A stretch of DNA of 64,000 nucleotides from Bugula neritina (lineage: Eukaryota > Animalia > Bryozoa). The stretch lies in assembly GCA_964035545.1 (NCBI GenBank), contig OZ037772.1, forward strand, positions 11,220,818 to 11,284,817, in the 5' to 3' direction. Position 1 is the stretch's first letter, and each line of letters opens with the position of its first letter. Positions 15,048 to 27,700 of the stretch are shown here, one piece after another. The translations under genes were made by a program, and so were the position numbers. Below the pieces are notes generated by a model. The model had not been told where the DNA came from. It did not search any database and worked only from the letters and a program-made list of their open reading frames with translations.

Positions 15048-16993
15048 TGTACTTCCAGCAAAATGTTATATCCTGTTTGCGTAGTTTTCAAATTTTCAAG
15101 TTGCTAACAACGTACTTGAACCATTTGTATAAGCAGATTAAGTCACTTTGTAAGACATACAAAGTATGTTAATGTGATAAAGTTTTCATAAACTTTTTTC
15201 AACTTACGTCTGCTAGCAAAACTTTTAATTTGTTCTCTCTTTTTAAAAACAAGGAACTTTCTAGAATGAGCCGTCTTCAAATATTGGTAAGTTTTACGCA
15301 GAGTCGATGTACCCTTTTCTTCTGCTATTGTTACACTGAACACATTAAGAGAACAAACATGACTACTGGTGTGGAACCACAATGGGTTTGGAAAGCCAAA
15401 TGAATCATGAAAAAGTGGAAGAGGTAAAGAGGTTTCAAAGGGGCGGATAAAACCTATAACCAGCAATATCGAAAAATTTAATCAAATAACTTTCAAAAAT
15501 CAAACTTGTGTACATCTACAATTAATCAACATAAAACAAAACAAGTCAAACTACATTTGCATACTTTGCTGTGTAAATAGCAAAATTATTGCTGGTGAAA
15601 AGTTGAGACGGGGTTGTTATCCACCACTGATATTCTAATACTTAATTTATGACCTGTAAGCTACTTAATAAAGGAAAGACAACAAATTTAAAGGGTAACT
15701 AATCACTATAGAATGGTAAGAATAATCTTCACATTGTGGTACAATAGGTTACAGCATATTAGGTAAATACTTGAATGATATATAGTAGGACAGTGACTTG
15801 GTGTCATAGTAAACTGTATACATAAAGTAGATATGTTTCAGTGGGACGGTTCATAACTCCTCCCCTTCCCACTCTATAAATAACTTTTTATCATAGAATA
15901 AAAATTACAGAATATAATGTAGTGTAAGAGATAGTATCAAAATGTAAATATTATATTATATTGTTTACTCTAAAATTACAGGAGTTGTCTTCTTGTCATA
16001 CTGATTATTTTATATAGTCTATAATAAGTACCTTCTTATTTACCACAAGGAGGAAAGCCTACAAATTCAACACCCCTCCCTTTAGATAAGATTCTAATGA
16101 CGGCCAGTCTTTTGTTCAAACATTTTCAGACATGACGGTGTCTGTATACAGTTACATGTATAATAATACTATACATATTACATTTTTGTGGTGCATATAT
16201 TGTATATTAATTATGCATATTTAATTATAATAATTATGAAAATATAATTTCAAGTCTCATAATAGCTACTAATGGTAATGGCTATACATAAATTATCAGA
16301 TGCAGTACAATAACGTAAGGATAACAATACACTGAACTCCTATTTCTTGATTTAGTAGATATGTTACAACACCCTGCAGCCCTAGCATTGGAGTAATGTG
16401 TAGGTAATATTATCAACTTACTGTAGAAACTCGAATGTTAGCTATTTTATAAGGTTCTATAATTTCAATTTACTAGTATATTATTTAGCTGCATTGAAGG
16501 ACTCCACAAGCATGCTTCATATATATTACGAACATCCCTGACATAATTCAAGTTAAGTAGTTGCTAATCAAATTGTATAACTTTTGCAAGTTTTCCTGAA
16601 CATCAATCACTTTGGGAAATACTTTGCACGTACACTGCATTCTTTCACTATGCAACCATTATTTTTCAAACAGTTAAAGTTGATACATTTTTGTTTTGCA
16701 ATCAGAGTACAAGAATGCATCATGGCCAGTCTAAGAACAGGCACTTTGCTACACTTGTTATGCTGAGTAACTACTATGCTGCAATCAGTTGGAATAGCTA
16801 GAGTGTACAGGAAGTGTCTGAGGAATGTTTCAATCACCTGGAAGACATGAGGAAGTTTCCGTCAGTCTATTTGAGAGGTCATTATTATCACTTCCGTCTG
16901 CTACTGTATCATTTCACTCAGCTGTGTGACTATAAAAATTAGCTGCTCTGGTTGCTACCTTTGTCACACAAATTAAAGCATGAATACTGCTAA

Positions 16994-17104
16994 AAGCAGC
17001 ACTCAGTTGGAGGTGACTAAGTACAGTATTTGTATACACATGGGTGTATGAACTCCAAATGTCCCAATCAATGTACTCAGTAACCACCAACTCAGTGCTA
17101 CTTC
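16994..17104. mobile_element. ~110-bp MITE-like element, copy 1
   Basis: Terminal inverted repeats agcagcactcagttggaggtgactaagtaca / tgtactcagtaaccaccaactcagtgctact; related copy in opposite orientation at 43741-43840. Confidence 0.65.
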
Positions 17105-18347
17105 TAGCTTTTGTTTCAAAGTATACTTTGCTAAGGATTGGTTTGCAGTGAATTTTCTCCCATTGCTTACTTGGAATTCATCTCTCATTTTCTCAAAAGT
17201 ATATTTTATTATGTAAGAACTGTAAAAGTAATCTTAATCTTTTCATCTTTTACAATATTTTTGTTCTTAATTCCCGTAAAATGCAACTTTAAGTTCTTCA
17301 AATTGTTAAAATTTAATTGGTATGGGAGTCTTCAGATATCATTTCTATAACACTGTTCATCTTGGGTTACTGTGTTACTTGTTTTATAAATTAGATATCT
17401 ACATTTTTGTGAATAAAGTCTGGAATCACCCAGTTATAAATCCTTTTAAAGTTATTTTTGAAGTGCAATTGTGATGTTTGGCAAAAATTTTAATATGCTT
17501 TGCAAAATTTTGCTTGAAATTCAAACTTTACTTTGCATTGAGATTTTTTTGAATATATGTATTAAGAGGGAATGCGATTTCCATTATGGGATGAATTAGT
17601 TACACCTATAACCCAACCTATTCAATCTTCATTTCAAAATTAAAGTTTGAACTACATAATTATAGAATAATAACACATTTTATTATGTGGCATGTTTGAG
17701 GTTAGAAGGGAGAAAAATTTTAATTTTGTAATTCCTTTGTCATATAATATTTTTCTCTTGCAAAACACTGCTAAGAGTGCAAATTATAATTCAAGCTACA
17801 AGAGCTTAACAAGATAAAATAAGATTACAGTACAACTTAAACTAGACAAAACAAAAGGGGGAGGGGGTGCTCAATGCTACTACCCAATCAGAGAAATAAT
17901 AGTGGAACTTATACTAGTAGAAGTATAGATAAGGGAAGAAGAGAATGAGGTAGGAAATCATCAATTACATGCTAATATCATATTAAATACAAATGACTTG
18001 CACCGCAGCCTAAGTTACCAACACGAGGGCCTTAAGTTAGGGGCATTTCAGCTACACCTCTCATTTACAGTAAATGGTGTTGTAAATTTGAAAATAGAAT
18101 ATTTAAAACATTTTCTTGTTATTGTGACTCAGCACTATTTGTTCAGACGTTAAACTACTTGTAAGCAGTAAGCACCCATTGTTCTGTAGTTCAGTGGTTT
18201 TAGGGGCAAGAGTGCAGAGCACAACTTTGAAAGAAATGTTTTGGCATGAGAAGGTTTCTGTCTATGAACTAAACCAAGTTGAATATTACAATTCTGCTGA
18301 GTGGCTACTGCTAAAAGGCCTTAAGGCACGTTGCGAGACTATAGAGT

Positions 18348-18551
18348 GGACAGCCGTGGTGTAGTAGCTAGAGTATGGCCTAGCAAACACAAGGTTAATG
18401 GTTCAAACATCGGTGGTGATGCTAGGAAGAGCATTCAGTCATAATGGCTCTTTAACACATCTGAATAAGTCCATAATAGCCCGATTTCATAAAAAAACTT
18501 TTTATCGGGGTTCTCCAGGAATTGTGATTATATAAGCTTGCGTGAGGGTTT
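18348..18551 (+). mobile_element. tRNA-derived SINE, copy 2 (diverged)
   Basis: cagccgtggtgtagtagctagag...ggttcaaac...aggaagagcattcagtcataa...gaataagtcc...cttgcgtgag. Confidence 0.8.
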
Positions 18552-18794
18552 ATAAAGAGCGCAGTGTCAAGGTTGTATACTAGATAGAGTTTACTCACCA
18601 GCAAGTTCAGTTCTTCAGCTTATCCACATTCTGTGCTGGTTATAGCTATATAGCTATTATAGCTAAATGCTATTGCTAAACTTTACAGCTTCTAGTTTCT
18701 GACCATGTGCACATAATATAGTACATATGTATTATAAACCAAAACTATATGCATAAACTACAACAACCGTCCCTTTTACTGGCCTAGAAACACC

Positions 18795-18850
18795 TGGTCC
18801 CAATTGGTCCCAATTGGTCCCAAACATGGTCCCAAACATGGTCCCAATTG
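18795..18850. repeat. 10-12-bp tandem repeat (tggtcccaa) x5
   Basis: Visible directly in the sequence. Confidence 0.8.
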
Positions 18851-19392
18851 TGGTTATGTTTAGTCCGTAGGCTACAAAGAATTAAATACAGGAGTTAGAG
18901 TTCATATTGAATGACATAGCCAAGGTTTCAAGTATCACCATTGTAAATTTAGTTCCTACGAAGCCGAGAAGACAACTTCTATGGTATTATGACATGCCTT
19001 GTACATAATTGTAGGAAAGAGTGCAATTATATTAGTTGTATTCAAGCTGTGTTACAGTTTCTACTTCTATACATTTAGTCAAAGTTTATAACAAAAAAGT
19101 GTTTGGAGGTCTTTGAAATTTGGCTAAATTTGGCAAGAGAGAATAACTTCTGAGGTAGCCGGAGCACTTGATTTCATACAAATACATTAGACAGTTACTA
19201 GACTTAGGTCACTTAAATTGTAAACAACTCGTGGGGCCAAAGAGAGTTTAGCTTACGATTCTCTTGAACACCTGTTGGCTCTCTCGGAATTCTTCCCTTA
19301 TCTCCGCAATGACCTCTATACCCAGTGTTCGGATGTCGTGCATGTGTTGATACACTCAATAATTTAGTGATTTGTGGCGTGACAATCTCAAA

Positions 19393-20670
19393 ATGAACAT
19401 CAGGCTTTACTCATTCTTAGCATTTCTTCTGGCATCAGTTTTAGGTATGTTTAAAGTTTTAATACAACTGAATGTGCTAGGTGTTGTTGGTATTTGAATA
19501 TAAACTTTAAGGAAAAAGCTGTTTTACTTATTAAACAGTTTTATTAAACAAAATTTATGAATTCAGTAGAGTAATTTAGTGTAATGTAGTCAATCTAAAT
19601 TTGGGCTTTAGTAATTTAGATGAATTTATTTTTAAAGGGGGGCAACTGTTTTTGAATGACAGAATAATTAAAATAAAAATAAAATTATATTGTCACATCA
19701 GAAGTGGGAATAGACAATGTATAGATGTGATAAGTCTTATATCTCAAATGTGTGTACTGCAGTAGCTTCTTTACCTAAACTGGTTAATCAAAGCTGCAAA
19801 ATTGTATGTGGTCCAATAAAATTTAGTAAAACAATAAATTGTGGTCCAATCAGAGTGAGGGAGACAAGCTTAAATTAAACCAGGATTTATACACAGTGAG
19901 AAAATATATGAAAAGTGTAATAAAACATAAAGTGCAATTCCATTGTTTTGTTCAAGAGGTAATTAATTGGTTATGCAAAGTTCCAGTTCAAAACAATAAT
20001 CATAAACTGCAGTATTTTGAACAGCAATAAAAATATACTTAGCATATAGTTGGTAAAACTTTGCCCTGCATAATGGAATTATGTTTTCGTACCACTTCCC
20101 ATGTGATAAACTGATAAATGAGCCGGCTAAGTTCTGCGTGCTTAATATGATTGCAGATTGATGTTAGAACGTAAGAATGTTGATAGTGACTATATTTTTG
20201 TTATTACAGTGTCTAAAGCAGATTCCTCGTGTGACAGTGATGGTTGGGTGAAGCATGGGAGAGGCAACTCCTGCTACAAATTCGTCATATCTCCTAGCAC
20301 GTGGTCTCAAGCAAACGGTCTCTGCCTGGATATGGGAGGCTCTTTGGCTAGCCTCAACGATGATGATGAGATCTATTGGATGAGAGGCTACAGGAGTTAT
20401 CACAGATCACTAAGAAAAGACTTTTTCTGGATTGGAGGTTACAAAAAGAACGACCAGTGGTTGTGGAAGGGTAGAATTGCAGACACTCTAATAACTCACT
20501 CTGATTGGTCAGTTAACATGCCCGGGAGGACCGGAGACTGTATGGTCATGTTTGGAGATGGAAGCTCTGGTTGGCTCAAGGATCCGGTGACTATGTGGTT
20601 CAAGTGGGCTACTGGAGATTGCTCCGCCAAGTTTAACTTCATTTGTGAAAAATCTATTGACTACAAATAA
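19393..20670 (+). CDS. Secreted single-domain C-type lectin 1 (2 exons, 170 aa)
   Basis: Signal-peptide exon 19393-19444 (MNIRLYSFLAFLLASVL, phase-1 donor G|gtatgt) joins 20210-20670 (ttacag|). CTLD motifs: C..GW...SCY, TW..A...C..GGSLAS, FWIGG, W.W, DW..., C, FICE. Confidence 0.92.
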
Positions 20671-20982
20671 ATAAATAATCAATTACTGATGACCATTTCA
20701 ATTTTTTTTACTTCATTATTAATGTTGTGAAATAATTTGAAATATATGTAATAAATGGCATTCATTGAGCATGACAGCAACTTTTATTTGCAAAAGCAGC
20801 GTTTTTCTAGCTCACAATGCTCTATCTAAAGAAGCTAGTTTTAGAAACTCTAAATTGGCTGCAGTGACAAGCATGCTGATTGGCTAACCAGCATGTGTAA
20901 AAAGTCCCATGTCTCCAATGCGAGTTTAGCTTATGTGCCTTAATCTATGAGCACGCATATTACTCCCCTGTTATTGCTGATT

Positions 20983-21246
20983 CTGATAAGGCTTTTACCG
21001 TGTGCAGGAATACACAGTAGTGATAAGGTTCTTCCAGTGTGTAGGAATACAAGGTAGTGACAAGGTTCTTCCAGTGTGTAGGAATACACAGTAGTGATAA
21101 GGTTCTTCCAGTGTGTAGGAATACACAGTAGTGATAAGGTTCTTCCAGTGTGTAGGAATACAAGGTAGTGATGAGGTTCTTTTAGTGTATAGGAATACAC
21201 AGTAGTGATAAGGTTCTTGCAGTGTGTAGGAATACACAGTAGTGAC
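20983..21246. repeat. 37-bp tandem repeat x~7 immediately upstream of the lectin 2 ATG
   Basis: Unit gtgtgtaggaatacacagtagtgataaggttcttcca; period confirmed by aaggtt at 21025, 21062 and 21099; no spacers. Confidence 0.92.
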
Positions 21247-21250
21247 AACA

Positions 21251-21906
21251 ATGCAGGTGAAGGCGAGCAGCTTCAGTCAAGTTTTAGCGCTGCTCATTTT
21301 CTGGATCACATGCACAGGTAAGTACAGGTATAGAGTATAGACAGCAAGTAAACAAACAAAAGTTATACTAACCATAGCTTTTCAAGTCCTGTGAATATTC
21401 AATGCATTCTGTAAAAACTGGTCAAGAATTAGATTGAATTTTTTACAGAATGCTTTGATAACTGCGGAAGTGGCGACTGGACACGTCATGGAAACACTTG
21501 CTATAAGATCGTTCGTGAACCAATCAGCTCGTGGAAAGTAGCCCAAGGTCTTTGCTTAGACTTGGGAGGTTACCTAGCAACGCCCTCTGAGTTAGCAGAA
21601 GTCTACTGGCTTAAGGGATTTCGAAGCCATCACAAATCTTTGCGAGGTGGTTGGCTGTGGATGGGCGGATACAAGAAGAATGGTCAATGGCTCTGGAAGG
21701 AGAGATTCACAGACAGTGCAATCGACCACAACGATTGGGGCAAAGGTCAACCGTATCCAGACCCAGCTCATAATTGTATGCTTATGTTTGGAGACGGGAG
21801 CGAAGGATGGAAAATAGATCCGGTTGAGCAATGGTTCCGTTGGGGAGCTGGAAACTGTGACGCAACCCTTGGATTTATTTGTCAAAAAGAAATAGAAATT
21901 AAATAG
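21251..21906 (+). CDS. Secreted single-domain C-type lectin 2 (2 exons, 174 aa), tandem paralogue of lectin 1
   Basis: Signal-peptide exon 21251-21317 (MQVKASSFSQVLALLIFWITCT, G|gtaagt) joins 21449-21906 (ttttacag|): ECFDNCGSGDWTRHGNTCYK...SWKVAQGLCLDLGGYLA...WMGGYKKNGQWLWK...FICQK. Confidence 0.92.
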
Positions 21907-23010
21907 TTATGACAACTCAATGTTTCCTGTCATTTGTTGATTATTAAAACTGTGAAAATATTATATGAAATGTAACACTGTCTAATAAAGACGGTAATAT
22001 AACAAACTGGTCGTATAAGCATGTCATAATATGGCAGCTGTAATAACTAACTACATTATATGATAATAAAATTTCAAAGTCCTAGAAAACAGCAGAAAAA
22101 AGTAGTTTAGTCTCACCTGTTTTAATTCCTTCATAGGACCATGGAAAGTTAATTTAGGTCACATATTATTGGCCATATTCCATTACATAAATCTTCAAAA
22201 TGTGACTGCTAACTTAATACATTTTAGTCTTTAGCACCTCTCAGAAAAAAATTTTGTTTCAGCATAGAAGACCGGCGCTATTTAAAACCCCACAAATATG
22301 AAACACTTTGAATATTCTGAACGGAGAAGTTAACACATTACGTTTGGTTATTCAAACTACTAGTTGTTGGTACCAGCAGTTTACATTAAGAAGTCAATCT
22401 ATATCAACAATTATGCTATGTAATTTATACTCAAACATACAACAAAATATTCAACAGTATCATTTTTAATTGCTTTGAAAAATTATAAAAAGAAGAATAG
22501 GATTCTTTAAGATGTCAATCTGCCTAATGCAGTTTATAACTTCAAGTTTATTAATTAACATTGCTAATGCATTTTGAACAATATTGTAAGACTTAAATTA
22601 AAAGTGATTTATACAAAGTTTTCGTAGGGGAACATTGCAGTTTGATTGGCAATCTAGTATTTCTAGCAAACTTACTAGCTTATGATAGTTGATGTATGGT
22701 GGGAGTTTACCATATGGTGTACTCATATATTATAGGTTATCTAAAGAGATATATCAACCATCTATCTCGTGTTACCTTCTTCATTCAGTATTTCATTACA
22801 TAAAGTTTCTAAAAGTTTATCTAATTCACTCTAAGGTTGTGACTAAAAAAATGCATAAACTTACAAATCTATACTTGAATCACTACAATGACTCCACAAA
22901 ATTCAAAGACTAATACAATTTCGCTGATACATCTCCAAAAGGCTGGAATTCATTTTATTATAGCTAAAAATTCTCAGGATATTCCAAGAACTCTTGTCTC
23001 AGTCTTTAAT

Positions 23011-23142
23011 CTACACACACGCGCGCACGCGCACACACACGCACAAGCACGCGCACACGCACGCACAAACACGCACACTCACACACAAGCACGCGCACAC
23101 ACACACTCACACACTCCCACACAAACACGCACACACACACAC
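23011..23142. repeat. Compound (CA)n/(CG)n microsatellite
   Basis: Degenerate cacacgcgcgcacgc...cacacac run. Confidence 0.9.
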
Positions 23143-23729
23143 AATCAAGTTTGTCAACTAGTAAAGCATATATTGTATAATTAGCATATATTCCTATTTC
23201 ATACAACTTGTAATTTTATATCTAAAATATATTTTAACCAATAAAAAGCAGAATATTTTAATTTTACATCCTTTAACACTTAACTACTGGCTTAGTAGGA
23301 AATTGAAGTTATTGCAATACATTACCGAGAATAAAAAGCTGATTTTTACTGGCCTTACAATTTACAGCTGACATCAATTGAATTTTGTTATAAAAAATGA
23401 ATTTGATAAAAATTCACTTTACTTCCATATTTATTTTCCGATAAATAAAACAAAGAATATAGGAAACTGAAATAAAAAAATATGAACTTGCAAACAAAAA
23501 TTGCAAAACTTTTGTACTATATAAGAAAAGCTATGCTTCTATCCCACAAACAAATATATAATATTACACACATAACCTTTATTAAGGTAACCTTGCTAAA
23601 AACAAAACACTATATGAACAGGTAATATACCAATTTGGTTTTTTCTAAATTCATTTTTCTTAATCTGAATTTGATCTAGACTAATAATAATTATACAGTT
23701 GAGTTACCAGATATTTAATTCAGACGTAA

Positions 23730-23800
23730 ATGACTTAGAGTGATGACTCAGAGAGATGACTCAGAGTAATGAGTCAGAGAGATGAGTCAGAGTGAGTGAA
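23730..23800. repeat. 13-bp tandem repeat containing TGA(C/G)TCA
   Basis: tgactta at 23731, tgactca at 23744 and 23757, tgagtca at 23770 and 23783. Confidence 0.75.
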
Positions 23801-24732
23801 TGATAAGAGTATAATAATTCAGCAAGTATTGCACTTACTAAACTGATTCAACAGTCATAAATACTCTGATAATTTCGTGAATAATGATAAATAATAAACA
23901 AAGAAACTTTTTATCGAAAGTCTACTATAGTCTATAACTTTTTAAGTTGGAAAACTTTGGTGAAACATAAATATAACATACTTGAGGGTTGAGCAGAGGG
24001 TTGGAGTAGTCAATGTGATATACTGGTTGAGTTAAACGCTAGAGTATACAGTTTACAAGAGAATCTCTGCAACTGGAGAATGAAAAAGGAAAGACACTGA
24101 AAGAAACACTGAAAATAGAAATAAAGATGGAGATTACTAAGATAAATGATGACTGATAGTATAGATAGCTGATATAAATTCTTTTGAAAATGATACAAGA
24201 AAACCAATTCTAAAATCAAAAGAGACCGTGCACTTTACAGAGTGCAAAATGAAAAAAATGAAAACAAAGAAAGAAAAAGAAACACATAAAATAAAATAGT
24301 ATGAAATAAAAGTAATAGAAAGCAGCAATAGTAATAGATAGTAGACACAAATATTTAATTTGGAGAAAACAATAAAGTATATAGTAGAGCTTGAATACAA
24401 AATGGCAGATGAGGATTACAAATTATACAAATGGAAATTCAAATGTGGCAAATAGAAATGTTGGACATCAGAGAAGGTCAAAGTAAGAAGATGATAAATA
24501 GCAGTGGTATTGTATACTACAGTATGTGGTACAAGGGCCTTCTCCGTACACCTTTCTGACCGTAAACTGGGTACACCATTTGTTGAACCTTCGGTGTTGA
24601 CGTCTTCTGATACGCCAGCCTATTGGCTGCGATGTGTGGATGCATTGCTACTGGAGCCGGGTGTCTGTAAACAGATGGAGTACACTGTAGAATACAATAA
24701 CTTTTATCAAATTTTATCATAGATCCATTACT

Positions 24733-27700
24733 TCAAATGGAACCATAGAGGGATGCTCCGTACGGATAGATTTGTGGTTGCGTTAACCTATGGTTGTGGT
24801 TTCATTCGATTGACACTGTTCTCATACATCGAAAAAAAAATCCATTCACATGATGCCAAGTATGGGAACACAGTGAATAACAAGCATTCTATGAAAAAAG
24901 ACATGCATGAATTTCTATTTTAAATTTTCCAAATTTCTAATGAAATTGTAGTGTAATAATGCAGAATAGTTTACTAATTCAAAATCACTACAAGCTGAAA
25001 CACTGGCTGCTATACAGTATAACTTTGTGATGAGGTTGCTAGTGAACACACTAATAATACTGAGCTAAGAAAGAGCTTACTGCATTGGCTGTTTCCTGTT
25101 CAATCTACCAATGTCGTTTGAGTATACATATAAGGGACTGTGACTAGACTGAGCATCTGACTGAGAGAGTTGGTACTGCGGGCGGTGGGTGATATACCGC
25201 CTGTCGGCCGGGTACTCCTGCACTAAGTATTGCGGTCTTTCTATCTTAGCAGAAGTTGTCTTCTCTGATGACCTCACAGGAAGTAGGTAGACAGGTGATG
25301 GCGCGTGTCTAGCAGCAGGATGTGATGTCACAGGTCTTGTGTACTCTCCACTAGCCTCTTCAAATCTGTGAAAATACAATTGGATACTTCCTAAAGGAAA
25401 TTGCTAGATGAAAAATCGCAACTTTCTTTGGTCAGTGTTTATCATTTTTTGTGTAAAAACAAGCGATAAAAACAGAATGCTGTCAAATGCATCTTCTGAT
25501 TAGGGTCACATAATATACTCTCTAAACTTGATTTCCTTAGAATAGTAACTCAGTGTCGAACAGACCTCAAGTATGAAATACTTGAAGAAGAAAACTACTA
25601 CAACCACAAAGAAATGGCCATTGAAATTTAGTTGACAATTATTCTGAGGCATCACCTCTGTGAGTTTACTTAATAATTTTACTTTCTGGTAATTGACAGC
25701 AGAAATATGTTTTTAAATTATGGATATAAATACTTTTAGCAATTTTTATGAATTTATACTCATATATAGATCCAAACAAAAAGGTCACCAGAAAAATTAA
25801 TTGATGTCTTAAGTGGGAAAGATAAATCCAAACATAGCTATTTCAGAAAATAGTCACTAACACGTGGTGCTCGATGGGGGAGTAATCGCTGTAGTGTGGC
25901 ATTTCAGTGGTTAGGTTTCGTCTCATGATGTCACCGTATCTGTTGTCTTCTGGTATTGAGTAGAGGACAGGATCCTGAGGCTTAACTCTCACCTCCCCTT
26001 CCAATAAATCCAACATTAGCTTAGGATCTTGAACTAAAATGTACATACAAATGATTACTATATTTACACATCTAACTAAAATGCACCAAAAGAAACGTAC
26101 AAATGATTGATACATTTACTCAGTTAACTTGGAATTTTAGCATCATGTAGTTTAGAATTTGAACTCTTTGCGTATTAACTAAATGCAGCGCAATGCAAAA
26201 ATTCAAAAAGCCTCTTTCAAGTGACCTTAGCTATATTGAGTTCATGACTCAAAGGTGTGTTTGTCTATAGTATGATGTACTATTTAATAATCTTTTTCGA
26301 ACATTTTTATAATAAAAAGCTTCACTGGAGTTATCTGCCCAGAATGGGGATACAGGCTGGCAGTACAGCTGTGAACTAAGGCTACAGAGTTGAAGATGTA
26401 AAATGGGGATACAGGGCTAGTATATAATATAGAGAGAGCAAAAATAGAAAGCACAAGATAAATAAATAGCCCGAGGGCATGTAGAATAATCATAAAGGGT
26501 GGACATAGAGGGTGGGTACAGAATGAAAGTACAATTTTATTTAGTTTAATGTTGCCCAGGAATTGCTAAATACTCAAAGTCATGTATAATTTAAAGTTTG
26601 CAACAGAATATAGCACAAGTTTAACTGTGCTCAAAGCTAAAATGTCTCAGTAGAACCAGAAAATTTGGAAGAAATTAAAATTTAAACCATCTTTTCAGAC
26701 AAATTGCGGATTAGGTGAGTAATAGATAGTATTGAAACTATAAAATAATAACAATATGGTATCCTTACGCTGTTTATCTATTGGCTTTTCTTCCTTTTTC
26801 TGCTTAGACTTCTTGAAAAGACAGCTGAAAAGCGAGACAGACTTGTTCTTAGACGAAATCTTCTGTTTGTGGGGGGAGTGGAGAGCGTACCCCACAGTAT
26901 GATCGGGATCTCTGGCTACCAGCGAGGAAAATGCAGCCGGCAGCATTTCAATCTGAGAACTCGACTTCTGTATAACAGCCGGTGAGCTGGCAGCGTCTGC
27001 TATTATCTTGTGGCTGCTGATCCCACTACTGTTCAGCTTTGTGTTTTGATGATTGATAGGTTGAGTATTTTCTGGAATATTCTACAAAAAAAATCAATAA
27101 AAGAGGTAAATCAAGTTGAATGGTCTTCATATGCAATTTGTAAATGTGGTGCAAATTAACGTTTAACTATAACAGAAAAGTAAAAGGAGCAGCCGTGGTC
27201 CAGGGGTTAGAGCGTTTGCCTAGTCAATACAAATTCATGGGCTTGAACCCGGACAAAGGCCATTGGTGATGTTAGGAAGAACATCCAGTCATAATTGCTC
27301 CTGTGTCGCATTTAAATAAGTCCTTAGCCCAAATTAACAAAACTCTTTCCACCAGGGGTGTCTCACAGGGATAGCGACTATAAAATTGCGCGAGCTTTTT
27401 ATAACAGAAAAAGTAAATTAATTTATAAAAAGCTTTGTACTCTCAACTCAAACCAACCTAATTAATTCAAATTTTCTACCAAATATTGCTGAGTGGTTCA
27501 AATATGAATGAAAATAAAATGACTTTGTGCTAACTCAAATTATTTGGTAAACAAATCCCATTTAAAATATCATATCACCATCATATAGCTTTATAATGGT
27601 GCCACGCTGTTGAAACTTTACAGTGTATAAAATTGCCCATGTGTTGCGGGGTGTCATTATGTCAAGGTGTCATAATGTATCATTGTGCTTAAAATTGTTG

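Noticed and set aside
20983-21246. 37-bp repeats of CRISPR-like length
   Set aside because: Units are head-to-tail with no unique spacers, there are no cas genes, and the context is eukaryotic.
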